Below, piece by piece: positions 13,764-25,799 of a DNA stretch of 64,000 nucleotides. The notes beneath the pieces were generated by a model that was not told the origin of the DNA, did not search any database, and saw only the letters and a program-made list of their open reading frames with translations. A program made the translations under genes and the position numbers. The DNA is from Monocercomonoides exilis PA203 (Eukaryota > Protista > Preaxostyla). The stretch is taken from contig LSRY02000013.1 of NCBI GenBank assembly GCA_001643675.2, positions 1,612,001 through 1,676,000 of the forward strand. The letters run 5' to 3'. Position 1 is the stretch's first letter. Each line of letters opens with the position of its first letter.

Positions 13764-15320
13764 ATGCAAGAGGAATCAGAAAAGAGCAAATTTCCAACAT
13801 TTACACAGTTTTTAATTAATTCATCAGGGAGCGACGAGTATTCCCTTTCACTGTTTGAAGAATATGGTATTTTGAACAAATATATTAAATGTCACAAGTG
13901 CGGTGTCAACATGTTACTAAAAAAATGGAGAAATGTTAAAAGCAATTACTTATTTCGATGCATGAGATGCAAAAAGGAATATTTTTGGAATTGCAAAACA
14001 ATATTTAATGGACACAAAATATCACCATTTTCTGCAATGTGCTTGTTGAACCATTACTGGTATCGGCACGAGATAAATAAAACGATAAAAGAAACAAATT
14101 TATCAAATAAAACCATGATAAAATTCAATCAATTGATGAGAAGAATTTGTGCCTATTTTGAACTGAATTGCTCAGACAAAATAGGCATCAACAAAACAAT
14201 AGAAATGGACGAAACTCTTATTTCAAAAAGCAAAAATAATGTGGGAAGAGAAAAGGAACAACAATGGCGTTGGTGTAAAATAGAAAGAAAAACAGAAGGA
14301 CAGAAACAGAAACTGAAACTTGAGTTTCTTCCAAATATAATTGAACAGTCACTATTAAATTTTTTAGTAAGAAACATAGACAAATCAGCAACTGTTAATT
14401 CAGACATGTGGTCTGCTTACAACATTATAGTAAAAAAAGGTAACAAACTTCAAAGTGTAAACCACTCAACAAGCTTTGTGAATAAAATAAACAGAAAAAT
14501 TCACACACAAAATATTGAATGTATGTGGTCGCATGTGAAAGCTCACATACCAAGAAGAGGAAGAACATATCAAATAAAAAAAGAATACATATATGCATAT
14601 GTTTATGAATTCAATAATTCTAATGATCCTCAGAAAATGATGAGTGACCTCTCCAAAATCAACACAAAAGAATTACAGGCGTTCATATACACATATGAGA
14701 AGTGTGAAGTCAGAATATCTACACTCTTAAAGGAAGAAAAAGATAATGGAAAAGAATTGCATGAAAAGAAAAAGGAAATAACGCAAAAAGAGGAAATACC
14801 AATCGAATTGTTCGATGCATCTGATTTAGAAATGGTATGCAAAAAACAAAAGCGCAAAAGAATCGATAAAACTGACAAAAAAAGTGAAACAATGGATGAT
14901 GATTCAAGTTTTGATCCAACAAATACATACTTCCTTGAAAACTTCGGAGACAATAATGATGATGAAGATGATGAAACATAGGAAGAAGTTGATGAAGAGG
15001 ATGAAGAGGAGAGAGATGAGGAGGAGGAGGATGAAGAAGACGAAGAAGAAGAAGATGATGATGATGAAGATAATTCTCTCAGAAAGAAACGAAAAAGAAA
15101 ATACTCAACAAAGCAATTATCTCTTTCGAACAATGAGACACATGGAATTCACATGTGCAAAGAAAACACAGAATTCTATGTTGAGCAACGATTGAAAACA
15201 ATGAAACAAAAATTTGAAAGAAAATTGAGACAATTGAGACAGTTGACTAAAAGGCGAAAGCTTCGAAGCTTGCTGAAGTCAAAAAGCATTAGCACAACAA
15301 CAAAACCGACAACATTGTAA
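13764..15320 (+). pseudogene. Merlin/ISXO2-like DDE transposase; ORF 13764-14981 ends at a TAG inside an acidic tail and the same frame continues to 15320
   Basis: N-terminal Zn ribbon (CHKC...CMRC), IEMDETLI, VNSDMWSAYN, VNHS and HTQNIECMWSHVK. Some conserved motifs are altered (WRWCKIER where WVFGGIER is typical). Confidence 0.88.
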
Positions 15321-15432
15321 TTTTCTTTTTCCATAATTTTCTTATCAAACAACATATATCACATCACTCTGAATAATTAATAGATTGTATAACTATTTCA
15401 ATAACATCAAAAAAACTCTTCCATTATAATAA

Positions 15433-18400
15433 TTAGGAAGATGAAAAAACAGTAACTATCAAAGTGCACCATGTAAATCCATTTGAAATTTTTTTATTCC
15501 ACTTTTCTTTAAAATTTTCTTCATCTTTTGAGACAGTTTCATTTTTATACATCACTTCAACAACGTTACTAAAAGAAAAACTATTTTCACCAAATAACAT
15601 GCACAATATTTCCTCTTGCTCAGCGTCTTCCATCGCAATAAAGTACACTCTCGACAACAGAGTCACATTTTCAATGACCATCACTTTCATCTCCACTTTC
15701 GCTTTACCCCCAACACTCACAACATCACCCTCACATTCCACATTCAATATTCTTGCTTCATCAATAATCACATTCGATTCCCTGTTGAATAATAGCACCG
15801 ATCCTGCTGAATGCAAATCTCTAAATGTTGAATCAAATATCTTCAGCTCTCCACTTTCCACGCTCACAACCGAACTGTTCAGCCTCAACCCAACAGCTGT
15901 TGTTGAAGAATAGAATTCACATTTATGGATCTCTGTTGATCCGTTCTTAACTTTCACAAGGCAATTGTGAGTTGACTCAAATCCATCTTCAAACTGAAAT
16001 GAGCACCTCTCCACTGAACATTCATTCACAAACTCCATCACACAATCCTTCTCTGCTGATTTCTCAATCTTGCAGTTCAATCGAACAATCCCCTGTGTCT
16101 TTTTCAATGAATTCACAACCAGATCCCCAATTACACACTCCTTCCTCACAAACCCTTCTCCATCAATTATAATCGCATTCATCACCCCTTCCTGAATGTG
16201 CTCAACCCCACAGTTGATGCTGGAACAAGGGTTGCTCTGTGCCCCACACCCCCCCTCCCATCACTCCCTCTCCCACTCACAAACGCCTGTGCCGAATAAT
16301 AGAATGTGATCAGCGGAATCAGTTCAACATCTCCCTCGCTTTCAATATCCCTCCCACAGATAGAGTTGTTCGAGTTCAATGACTCCTGGTTGTAGTTCAA
16401 AGCAAACAGCGTTTCGTTGATCTGATGCTCAATCGAGTGGCATCTGACAAATATGTCTTTCCCCACATGTGCCTCATTCATCACAAACAGGATTTTCACA
16501 ATCTTGAAATTCAGAGGCGGAATCTGAGTTTCATCATCATAAACAACATTTGGGTCAAACCCATCAATAAACAGCCCTCCACCTCGCCCAGTTTCACTTG
16601 AGCACTTGCACATCAAAAACGAGCTCTCATTCACTTTCAATACCGACTCCCCACTCTTCAGCACCACTCTCATCCCCCCTCCTTCATCGCTCAAGCCACT
16701 CTTGCAGCTTGACATCGAACACTCATCCACCACACACTCCACTCCATCCTCAAATGATCCCACATCAACAACACTCGCTCCAATCCCTTCTTTTGTGATG
16801 TTCGCAAATGAACACCCAACAACCCTCAGAACTGGTCTGCTCCCATTTGAAAACACCTTCTTTTCTCCATTCATCTGGTTTTCCTCTTTCATCATCGAAA
16901 TCAGACTTCTTTCTGTCACATCTGCAAATGAAATGTTCACATTTTGAAGAGTCACCTCAGCTGCACTTGAGCTGAAACAGATGAATCCTTTCAACTCAGA
17001 GATCAAGCTTAATGAACACCTCTCAATCACAACGCTACCTCCATTCACTCTCATCAGGCAATATCCAGCTGTCTCTGTCAGCCCGGTCAATGAACCAAAT
17101 GAACAATCAGAAACAGACAATAAGGTGTTTGTTCCAGATGATTCAATCAACACTTCATGATTGGTTGTGATGGCTGGCTTGGTGAATGACACATTCACAA
17201 ATGACAGACTCACATTCGAGGATATCATTGAACCATCATCAGACAAATCATTCTCATCTTCATCACTGATCGTAACTCCTGACCCTTTCTTTGTCCCTTC
17301 AATCACCACTTTTGGTGACTCTGAAATTGATGAAGAAAATGACATGGAATGGCTCAATAACCCCGATCCCACAATGCTGATGTGTGTTTCGCCTTTTCCA
17401 AGTGTTGGATATCTCAGTGATATCAGGTGATCAACTGATGAGCATGGTGCCTCAGAAAACTCACACCCACTGAAGTCTCCTCCTTTATCTCTTGAAACAA
17501 ACCCATTCCCACTCCAGTTCCTCCACAAATACACAACCAGCGGAATCACATATCCCTCCTCTCCTGTTGTCTTCCTCTCCCACCCACTCAACTCATCCAA
17601 TGATTCCAACTCCTCTGAACTCATCTCCCATTTCAAGTGCTCCTTATTCACAATCTCTCTCAGATCCCATCCTGAAACAAACACATTCTTCCCTTTCCAG
17701 GCATTGCATACCTAAAATTTCATTCCTTCGAGCACAAATGATCCCATCTCATCTGCCAGCTTCACAAACATCCCTCCTCCCATTCCTCTCCCTTTATCCT
17801 CAACATCCTCTGATGGCACTTCTCATCCTGAATATTTCACTCCTTTCATTTCCAAACTCCCTCCCTTCCCCACTGATATCTTCATCCCTCCCCCTTTCAT
17901 CTCACTCCCCCCTGAACACACTGATGACAAATTGCATCCTTCAATATTCACAATCTCATTCAATCCCATCTCCACATTCAAACATCCTCCTACACATCCT
18001 CCATTCCCACCAACAACTTCCACTCCACTCATTCGGCTGTTCTTCATCTCCAATTCAACTCCATTTGAAATAACAATTGGTGACTTCCCATTCATTCTCA
18101 CTCCCCCTTCCATCACAAATCCATTCACAATCAGCCCTCCTCCCTCAATACAAATCACATTGTATTCAATCATTTCATCATTGACAAATGTGACTGAACA
18201 GCTGGTCATTGTGATGGTTGATGATGAGGAGGAGGAGTGGATACATCCACTTCTCCTCCCATTCATCTCTTCATTCAGCACAAATGATAAATGTCTCATC
18301 TCAAATGATTTTGTGCACTCTATAAGGTTATTCTGGCTTATCGATCCTTCATCTCTCACGACCACCCTCATGCCTTCTTCTTTCCCTGAAACACGAACCT

Positions 18401-19915
18401 CAAATGAAGCCACTTTCATTTCATTCTTTATCCATGATTCAGAGGCAACTTCGATTTCATGAATGGTGCTTTTTGTCCTCTTGCTCACACAATAGTCAAT
18501 CGTCAAACACACAAACTCCTCAAACCCACAATGGCTCTGATCCAGCGCCCTCTCTCCTCTCCCATCAACTCTCAACTTCGAGCCAATTGAACACAAATAC
18601 ACAAACAGCGGAATCACTTCCCCTTCTCTCCCATCCTCACTCCCACACAACTTCACAACATCTGTTGGAATCACACGAAAATCAAAAAATGCAAATGAAC
18701 TCCCATTCACTTTCGATTCCAACAACACACCACTCCCACAGCTCACAAACACATCCTTCCCATATTTTGATTTGTTAGTTGTTTCGACTGAAAACTTCAC
18801 TCCTGATTCAATTCTCAATGAACCATCTCTGCTCTCCATCACAATCGTCATCCCTCCCCCTCTCCCTTCTCTCTCCTCTGAACCCTTCGCCTCACACCCA
18901 TCAATCACACAACTCCCATTCACAACAACACACACCCCTCCTCCTTTTCCACCAGCACACCTGCACCCCTTCACAACACATGATTCAATCACAATTATCC
19001 CATTCTTCCCCTCATCTCTCTCTGCCCCAACCACTCCACTCACTCATCCTCTATCTCCACTTCTCTTCTCAATGTTGTTCACCTCACATCCACAAAACAC
19101 AACTGATTCCACCCCTTCACCAAACTCAGTCACTGAATGTTCTCCAAATATCAAGGTCTCTGTGATCACCAATCCCTTCACTTTCACTTTTCCCCCAATC
19201 ACATTCACAAAACAATATCTAATTGAATTGTCAGATGAACAAACAACAGAGCAGTCTGTGAGTGTGAGGAGTGTGGAGTTGGATGTGATCAGAGATGATG
19301 ATGATGCACTTGATAGAGCAGATGGAATGCTAAATTTGATCTTTTTAATCGAACATCTGCTTTGCACATCGATCAAGAAATTTTCTGATTCAAAAGTTGT
19401 TGGCACCTTCACCTCGATTGCTGTGCCTTTTGTGGTACATGAAATCTCCCATTCATTGGAATCATCCATGGCAACCTTTTCGGCAAGCACGAATTCTGGA
19501 TCAAACTCTATATTTTTATTTCCCCCTGAAAATCGCGCCTGCGCAGTGTGGGTGATGGTGGCACACGGATAGTAATCAAATCAACAGAACCACGAGTCGT
19601 ATCTCCCCAGAACACCATCTTTCTTTTTGCCCACATGTGCTGCACCAGCATGTGAGTCCAGAAACACATTAAGCGGGAATTGCCCCATGGTTGTGTCATC
19701 TGTGTCATATCCCACCAGTTCCTTCAATGATGATATGCTCTGAATACCTTTCAGCTTTTCTGTTATTATTCCCCAATTCTTAGAATCACCCCCATTCACT
19801 AACACATTATTTCCCCCAGATTTCGCGGTGCAGCCTGGAAAGTCCACAGACATGATCGAGAAGTCGTGAGAGCCATCTTCCAGATTCACCATTATCCCGC
19901 CACCATTTCAACAGC
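15433..19915 (-). pseudogene. Decayed large Gly/Cys-rich repetitive surface protein (GGG/FxxC, Pmp-like beta-helix type); cargo of the Merlin element
   Basis: Consecutive minus-strand ORFs (19581-19892, 19044-19490, 17823-19043, 16182-17684, 15433-16185) with repeated GxGGG...FxxC...GKDxF...IPLxxY modules, broken by in-frame stops and frameshifts. Confidence 0.8.
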
Positions 19916-20968
19916 AATTGCAATTGTTACAAAATATTTATTCCTTTTATGAAAAAATGAATATCTGTCTTGTTTTGTTTGTCAATTTTAATTGTATGAA
20001 ATCCTCTTCTTATTATCCAGATCAGCATAGCAACACAACACGCATTATCGTATTTATATCATAACGAATGATTGCAACATAACTTGTGTTTCCTCTAACA
20101 GTATTAATAAAAATATGGGTCATTATTTTTCATATCGTAACTTTGTTCGAAGAAAGATCTTTTTTTTCATAATTGTGGTATGAGCAATTAAAAGCTCAAA
20201 TATGTGTTAATAAGTGAAATGTGAATGAAGTGTGAAGGAATTATTGAAAAATAAGTGAAATTGAGAAAATCTTGAAAATACCATTATAACATTTAATTTT
20301 TTAGTTTTTATTTATATCAAAATTATGTTGCATAACATCTCCCTTCAAGCTCAGTTATTGAATATTTTTGATTAATATTTGAGTATGATTTAATGATTTA
20401 ACTTTTTAACATGATTTGTATGAACTATCATCAAAAAATGAATGATTGATTGATTTATATAATTTTTAGTGAAATTGTGAGGTTTATAATTTTTGTGGTT
20501 ATTTTTTTGATGATATTATTAATGTTATTAACGACGTATATAAGATTTAGGTCTAGTAGAATTGCTCAAAAGATGCAAAATTAATTGGAAAATAAATGTT
20601 TTGTTTATTGAATGATGAAACAAAAAATGGAATAGAAATGAAGTCAAATCATAATAATTACATATTATCATTTCGAAAAGTTTGGATAAAACGTGAAAAG
20701 TTACCGCAATGTTTTGTTTTGCTATCATATTATTTTTCATCGATTTTTGTTTTTTCTTCATTTCAAACATTGGACTTTATTGTTTCCATTGAAAATGATA
20801 TTATTTTTGAAATTTCCACTTCGTTTTTCACTGAAAAAACATTAATTTGTTAAATCTTTGAAGAGATCTTCATGTTTTTGATAAATTCGATAGAAGAACT
20901 TGTAAAACATAACACATCAATTTGATTTCTCATTAAGCATATAATTAACTTTAGCAATTACAAAATAT

Positions 20969-21660
20969 TTATTTCAATTTACCAGTGTACAGATGAAATG
21001 AAGAAAAAAGACAAAACTTTAAAAAAAAGTGAAGAAAATTACATAAAATCAATAAATGACAAAAAGAATCAGTCCAATTGCAAAGCTTCATTTTTTTCAC
21101 AAACATAAAGCAAATTAATTGTTCCAATTCAGTATGCTCCAGAAACATGAAAAGCTGACAATAAAAATTTCCTCCGACGCTATTCGCTTTGCATTTCTGG
21201 AATTCACATTTACTGAACCTGACACATGATTTAATATTATAAGCATCCATCCCTCCTCCATAACAATTTTGAGCAGAGCATTCATTGAACGAGTTGTTCT
21301 CAATCTTGATGGAATTTATTGAAACACACATAATACCTCCACCGCCATAATGTGCATAGCAGTTGTTGAACTTACAAAACTTCACTGAAAGTGTTCCTGA
21401 TGCCAGATTATACATATTAATCGCCCCTCCACTCGAAACTCCATCTGAATAAGATCCACTTGTCCCAGTGGTTTTTGACCCATTCCACACACACAAAGTA
21501 AACGAATTCGCCCAATTGTCTGCTATCTGCTGTCTCGCTGGTTTCGAAGAATTCCCTTCACTCCCATTGACTGCAACATTCTGAGAGCGATAGCACCTGA
21601 CAAACGAGGTGTTCGAGGCATCCAGGGAAGATGATGAGCTGCTCAGTGAAGGGGCAATGC
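20969..21660 (-). pseudogene. Internal fragment of a GGAI/FxxC repeat surface-protein gene inside the 20117 element
   Basis: SSGGAINMY...FNNCYAHYGGGG...FNECSA...GGGM...FQKCKANSVGG; no proper start or end. Confidence 0.7.
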
Positions 21661-22939
21661 CCGCATCATAAACTTCTTTGGATCATTAACTGACACAACC
21701 TCAGTTTTCTGCTTTTGCCTGTCTGAATGCAATTTCTGTAGTGTTTGTCTAATGTTGCTTTGATTTGAGCTGCATTGTTTGTTTTTTGGACGGCAGATGG
21801 TTCCTATCTAGACATTTAATTGAAAAGCTGTGAATGTTCAGGTGTTTTCGGTAACTGTTGAGGAGAAACTGCATTCAGTGCTTCAGAAAAAGGATGCAAT
21901 TGAAAAGAAGAAAGAGAAGTTGTATCTGTTGAAGAAATATGAGATTGAGACTGAGACTGAGACTGAGATTGAACCTGAATTGAAGCTGATATTAAAGAAG
22001 AAGAAAAAGAAGGTGTTGAAGATGGAGCAAAAGAAGAAGCGAAGGACAAAGAGAAAGAAACAGGCACAGCTTGAGTATTCCGCGGAGGATAATGCGATGA
22101 CATTGTTAAAGGATGTGTTGAAGCAGACAATTCATTGCTGGACAAACAGGAAGAGAACGAAGAGCTTGTTGGAGGTGTCGAGAGACGGACAGCGAACTGA
22201 GTGGGAGTGACATAAGGAGAAGTGCTGGAAAGAGAGCATGCGAAGAGAGGTGAAGAGGAAGGAGTGGAAGAAACAGGAGAAGGAGAAGGAGAAGGAAATG
22301 GAGACAAAGAAGGAGAAGGAGAAGGAGACGGTGAAGGAGAGGAAAAACCAGACTGATAATGAGCCGAGGAGAAGTGAAGAGAAGAAGTGGAAGAGGTGGA
22401 GGAAGGAGAGAGAGGAAGCGAGCGAGGTTCAACAGACGGGACAGAAGCATCTTGCAGGCGGCTAAATTGCCCTCTCTCTGAATAACTTGTGCTCTGCTGA
22501 TTTGACACTAGCTGCATCAGAAGAAGAAACAGAAGAAGAAGCAGAAGAAGCAGAAGAAAAAGAAGAAATGGCTGAAGGAGAAGAGGCTTGAAGAGAAAAA
22601 TGAGAAGCATTTGGAGAAAAGATTGGAGAAGAAGAAGGGGTTGGAGAAGGAAATGATGAAGTTAACGGAGAATGCGGTTTGTCAAATGCAGAAGAAAAAG
22701 AAGAAGAAGAAGAAGAGATTTGAGAAGCAGGAAAGGCAGGCGTGAAAGATACTGGATGTGCGGAAGACGGTAAAGCAGAGCCATGCTACATAATTTTACT
22801 TGTATTTCCCTTCAATCCTCCGCCACCACCACTACCACCACCACCATCAGCAGTATTACCACTTCCGTTGTTGCAATGCTCTCCTGTTCTGCCTCCTCCA
22901 GCTCTTCCGTTGGAAGTGTGCTTGTACACATAATAACTT

Positions 22940-23520
22940 CTTCATTCTCCTATCGGCTACCATCTCTGCCTGTTTCCGTACCTCGTCACAAACTGATACC
23001 CAAAGTGCATCCGCTCCTTCTTCACAAGCGTCGAAAAGCCAGCAATCGTCCTGGAGAATGGATCCAGTAGCAAGAATGCGAGTGAAGTGATGGTGAGTGT
23101 CCTGTCCCAGCCATCAGCGCAGTGAGCAAGCACATTCCACCCGCCTTGAACTGCTTGTACGACTTCGAGTGCAGAAAGCAGGTGCACCTGGATGTTCTCC
23201 AGCCAGCGTGATAGCTGTGACAGAGCGTAGAAGACCTCGGCATCGATCTCGCGTTGCGCCCACGCCACACACGCAGCACGCATAGAGCACATGCACGTGC
23301 GCATGGAATGGAGGTTGGGGATTGCAAAGTTTCGGCACTCCGCAAAGGGATAGTTAGACTCGGATTCGGACTCGCTGAAGATGAATGACTGGCCCACGGA
23401 ATTCAGTTTTGGGCGGAGGTCGAGGATGAGAAGGCGATCTTTGACGGGAGGGGCAGAGGAGAAAGCAACGGGGGAAGAGGTGGTTGTGCTTTTGGTAGTT
23501 AGTGGATAAGGAGGCAATGA
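22940..23520 (-). pseudogene. Captured myotubularin-family phosphoinositide phosphatase catalytic fragment
   Basis: LLILDLRPKLNS, ESESNYP, IPNLHSMR, SRWLENI, VLAHCADGWDRT (HCSDGWDRT-type motif), LLLDPFSRTIAGF and FGYQFVTRYG, embedded between Ser-rich, stop-interrupted sequence. Confidence 0.9.
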
Positions 23521-25799
23521 AGAGGAAAAAGAAGAAGAGGAAGAAGAGGAAGAAGAGAAAGAAGAGAAAGAAGAGGAAGAAGAGGAAGAAGAGGAAGAAG
23601 AGGAAGAAGAAGAAGGAAGATGAGGAAGAAAGAGAAGAAGAATAATACGATGGCGATGAAGATAAAGGTATCAACGAACGTGGTAGCATCGCCTGTTTTG
23701 TCTCTTCGGAATTAAGTCCGCATGCTTCACAGCTCCTCCATTCCTTTGCAACCATCCTTCCAAAGCTCCTCCTTTCCATCGTTCTCTCACACAACACATT
23801 CCTCCTTTTCCCTCTTCTCTCCTCTTCTTGCCGCTACAACCCCTCACAGAATCTGTTGGCGAATTCATCATTTTAACAGGAATTTAATTCAACTTTGCCA
23901 CCTTCTCCATTTCTCATTCAACTTTCCTTCTTCATCAACATCTCTTTCTTGCCACTGCCCTGCACTAAAAAATCTTGCAATCACACCAACCTCCATTTCA
24001 GCCTACCAATTCCTCCTCCCATTTCTTGCAGAATGCAAACAAAACAAACAAACATACAAATCAACATACAAATCAACATATAAATCAACAACCAAATAAA
24101 TAAATAAATAAATAATAATGAGACAAACATCAAATAGATAATATGAATCACAATTTTTTTCGTTTATTCACATTCTTCTTTGGAATTATGTCACTTTCAT
24201 CATAAAGTCCATTAACATCATTTTCGCTTTTAATTCCTTTTCAAATTTCATTGCTTCTCTTTATCCTCTCGATTCGTCCTAAATAAAATGTTCGTCCATA
24301 ACATTAATAAAGTTTTAAATAACAATACATAAATTTATAAACCTCATAATTTCACTAAAAATTATATAAATCAATCAATCATTCATTTTTTGATGATAGT
24401 TCATACAAATCATGTAAAAAAGTTAAATCATTAAATCATACTCAAATATTAATCAAAAATATTCAATAACTGAGCTTGAAGGGAGATGTTATGCAACATA
24501 ATTTTGATATAAATAAAAACTAAAAAATTAAATGTTATAATGGTATTTTCAAGATTTTCTCAATTTCACTTATTTTTCAATAATTCCTTCACACTTCATT
24601 CACATTTCACTTATTAACACATATTTGAGCTTTTAATTGCTCATACCACAATTATGAAAAAAAAGATCTTTCTTCGAACAAAGTTACGATATGAAAAATA
24701 ATGACCCATATGCATATTTTGACTTTCTCGGAAATTTAAATATAAATAATGTTTTTGATCAAAAATGAAATAATAAATTATCGGATTTTTGATCAATAAT
24801 AAAGATCGAGTGAATTTTCATGATCGAATTTCGCAATTTCCCTCCTTGAATCGCTCAGTTAAATTATGCAGATTAACGCTATGATATTCAAATTTTGAAA
24901 AAATTCAAACTGAAAGTTGTACAATTTACACCTATGCCCAATTTTTTCATAATTATTCAAGAATTGTGAATCAAAAAAATCTTCATTAAAAAAAAAAGAC
25001 AAACACAAAATCTATATTGTTAAGAAACAATTTCAAATTGAAAAATAAGAGAGAATGAAAAATCAAATACAGTCAAGCTCGGTTATAATCACAATCCATT
25101 TTGCACGATTTTCTGTGATTATAACAGAACTTGATTATAACCGAACCATCTTTTTCATAGAAAAAATTTTCTGAAAAAATTTTTTGAAGAAAAAAAAGTA
25201 AATTTTCAATATTTATAAAAATCCACACTAGACCTGTGCGATACGATATGCAAATTTTGGTTGCTGTCGGTCACTAAAAAAAGAAAAAAAAATTCATATA
25301 TTATTTTAGTGAGGATGTCAATTCTTCACAATCAATTAATTTCTTAAAGTTTATTGCTAATTATTGAGTTATTTTTATCATTTGATCAAATGATCCATAA
25401 TAATATAAATGGATAAACAAAACACAATTTTCATCAAAATATGTTATTTATCATCTTAGAACTTTTGAATTGTGTAAATACATATATGAAGATATCCAAG
25501 TCAATATGGGTGATTTTTTTTGATATCATAAAAAAAGATCAAAAATCGAAAAAATAATATATATTGTGGTTTCATTGATCATAAAATAAAAATTGATTTT
25601 TCATAAGCATTTATCATTTATTACTGTGATATATATGTGTTTAATAATTTATTCAAAAATACATATCTATTTTTATGTTTAAAGAAAAAAAGAATTTATT
25701 TATTAAGTTTCAAAAAAGAAAAGAAAAGAAAAATAAATCTTAAAAAGGAAAATATAAAGTTCAAAAACTTGTTTTTCAATAGAAATACTTAAGAACATT

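Larger units (their letters stand above)
20117..24707. mobile_element. 4.6-kb non-autonomous GGG...CCC element with 373-bp TIRs and ATAT flanks, nested in the Merlin element
   Basis: 20117-20489 and 24335-24707 are near-perfect inverted repeats (about 2 mismatches seen). ATAT lies at 20113-20116 and 24708-24711. The terminal 24 bp match the 25508 TIR at 20 of 24 positions. Confidence 0.9.
13522..24938 (+). mobile_element. Merlin (IS1595/ISXO2-like) transposon with 196-bp TIRs, surface-gene cargo and a nested GGG element
   Basis: GGCATAGGTGTAAATTGTAC... at 13522-13717 equals the reverse complement of 24743-24938, and the transposase starts 46 bp after the left TIR. The flanks (ATCATAGT / CAATTTTT) do not form a TSD. 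Confidence 0.8.

Noticed and set aside
17492-19572. Long plus-strand ORFs (17492-18073, 17932-18462, 18772-19572)
   Set aside because: These are antisense shadows of the G-rich minus-strand surface-protein pseudogene.
15433-19915. Stop-codon reassignment (TAR = Gln is known in some oxymonads) as the cause of in-frame stops
   Set aside because: All three stop codons occur, at positions expected to be Cys, Trp, Glu or Leu. The intact 1082-codon exon contains no internal TAR or TGA and uses CAA/CAG for Gln.
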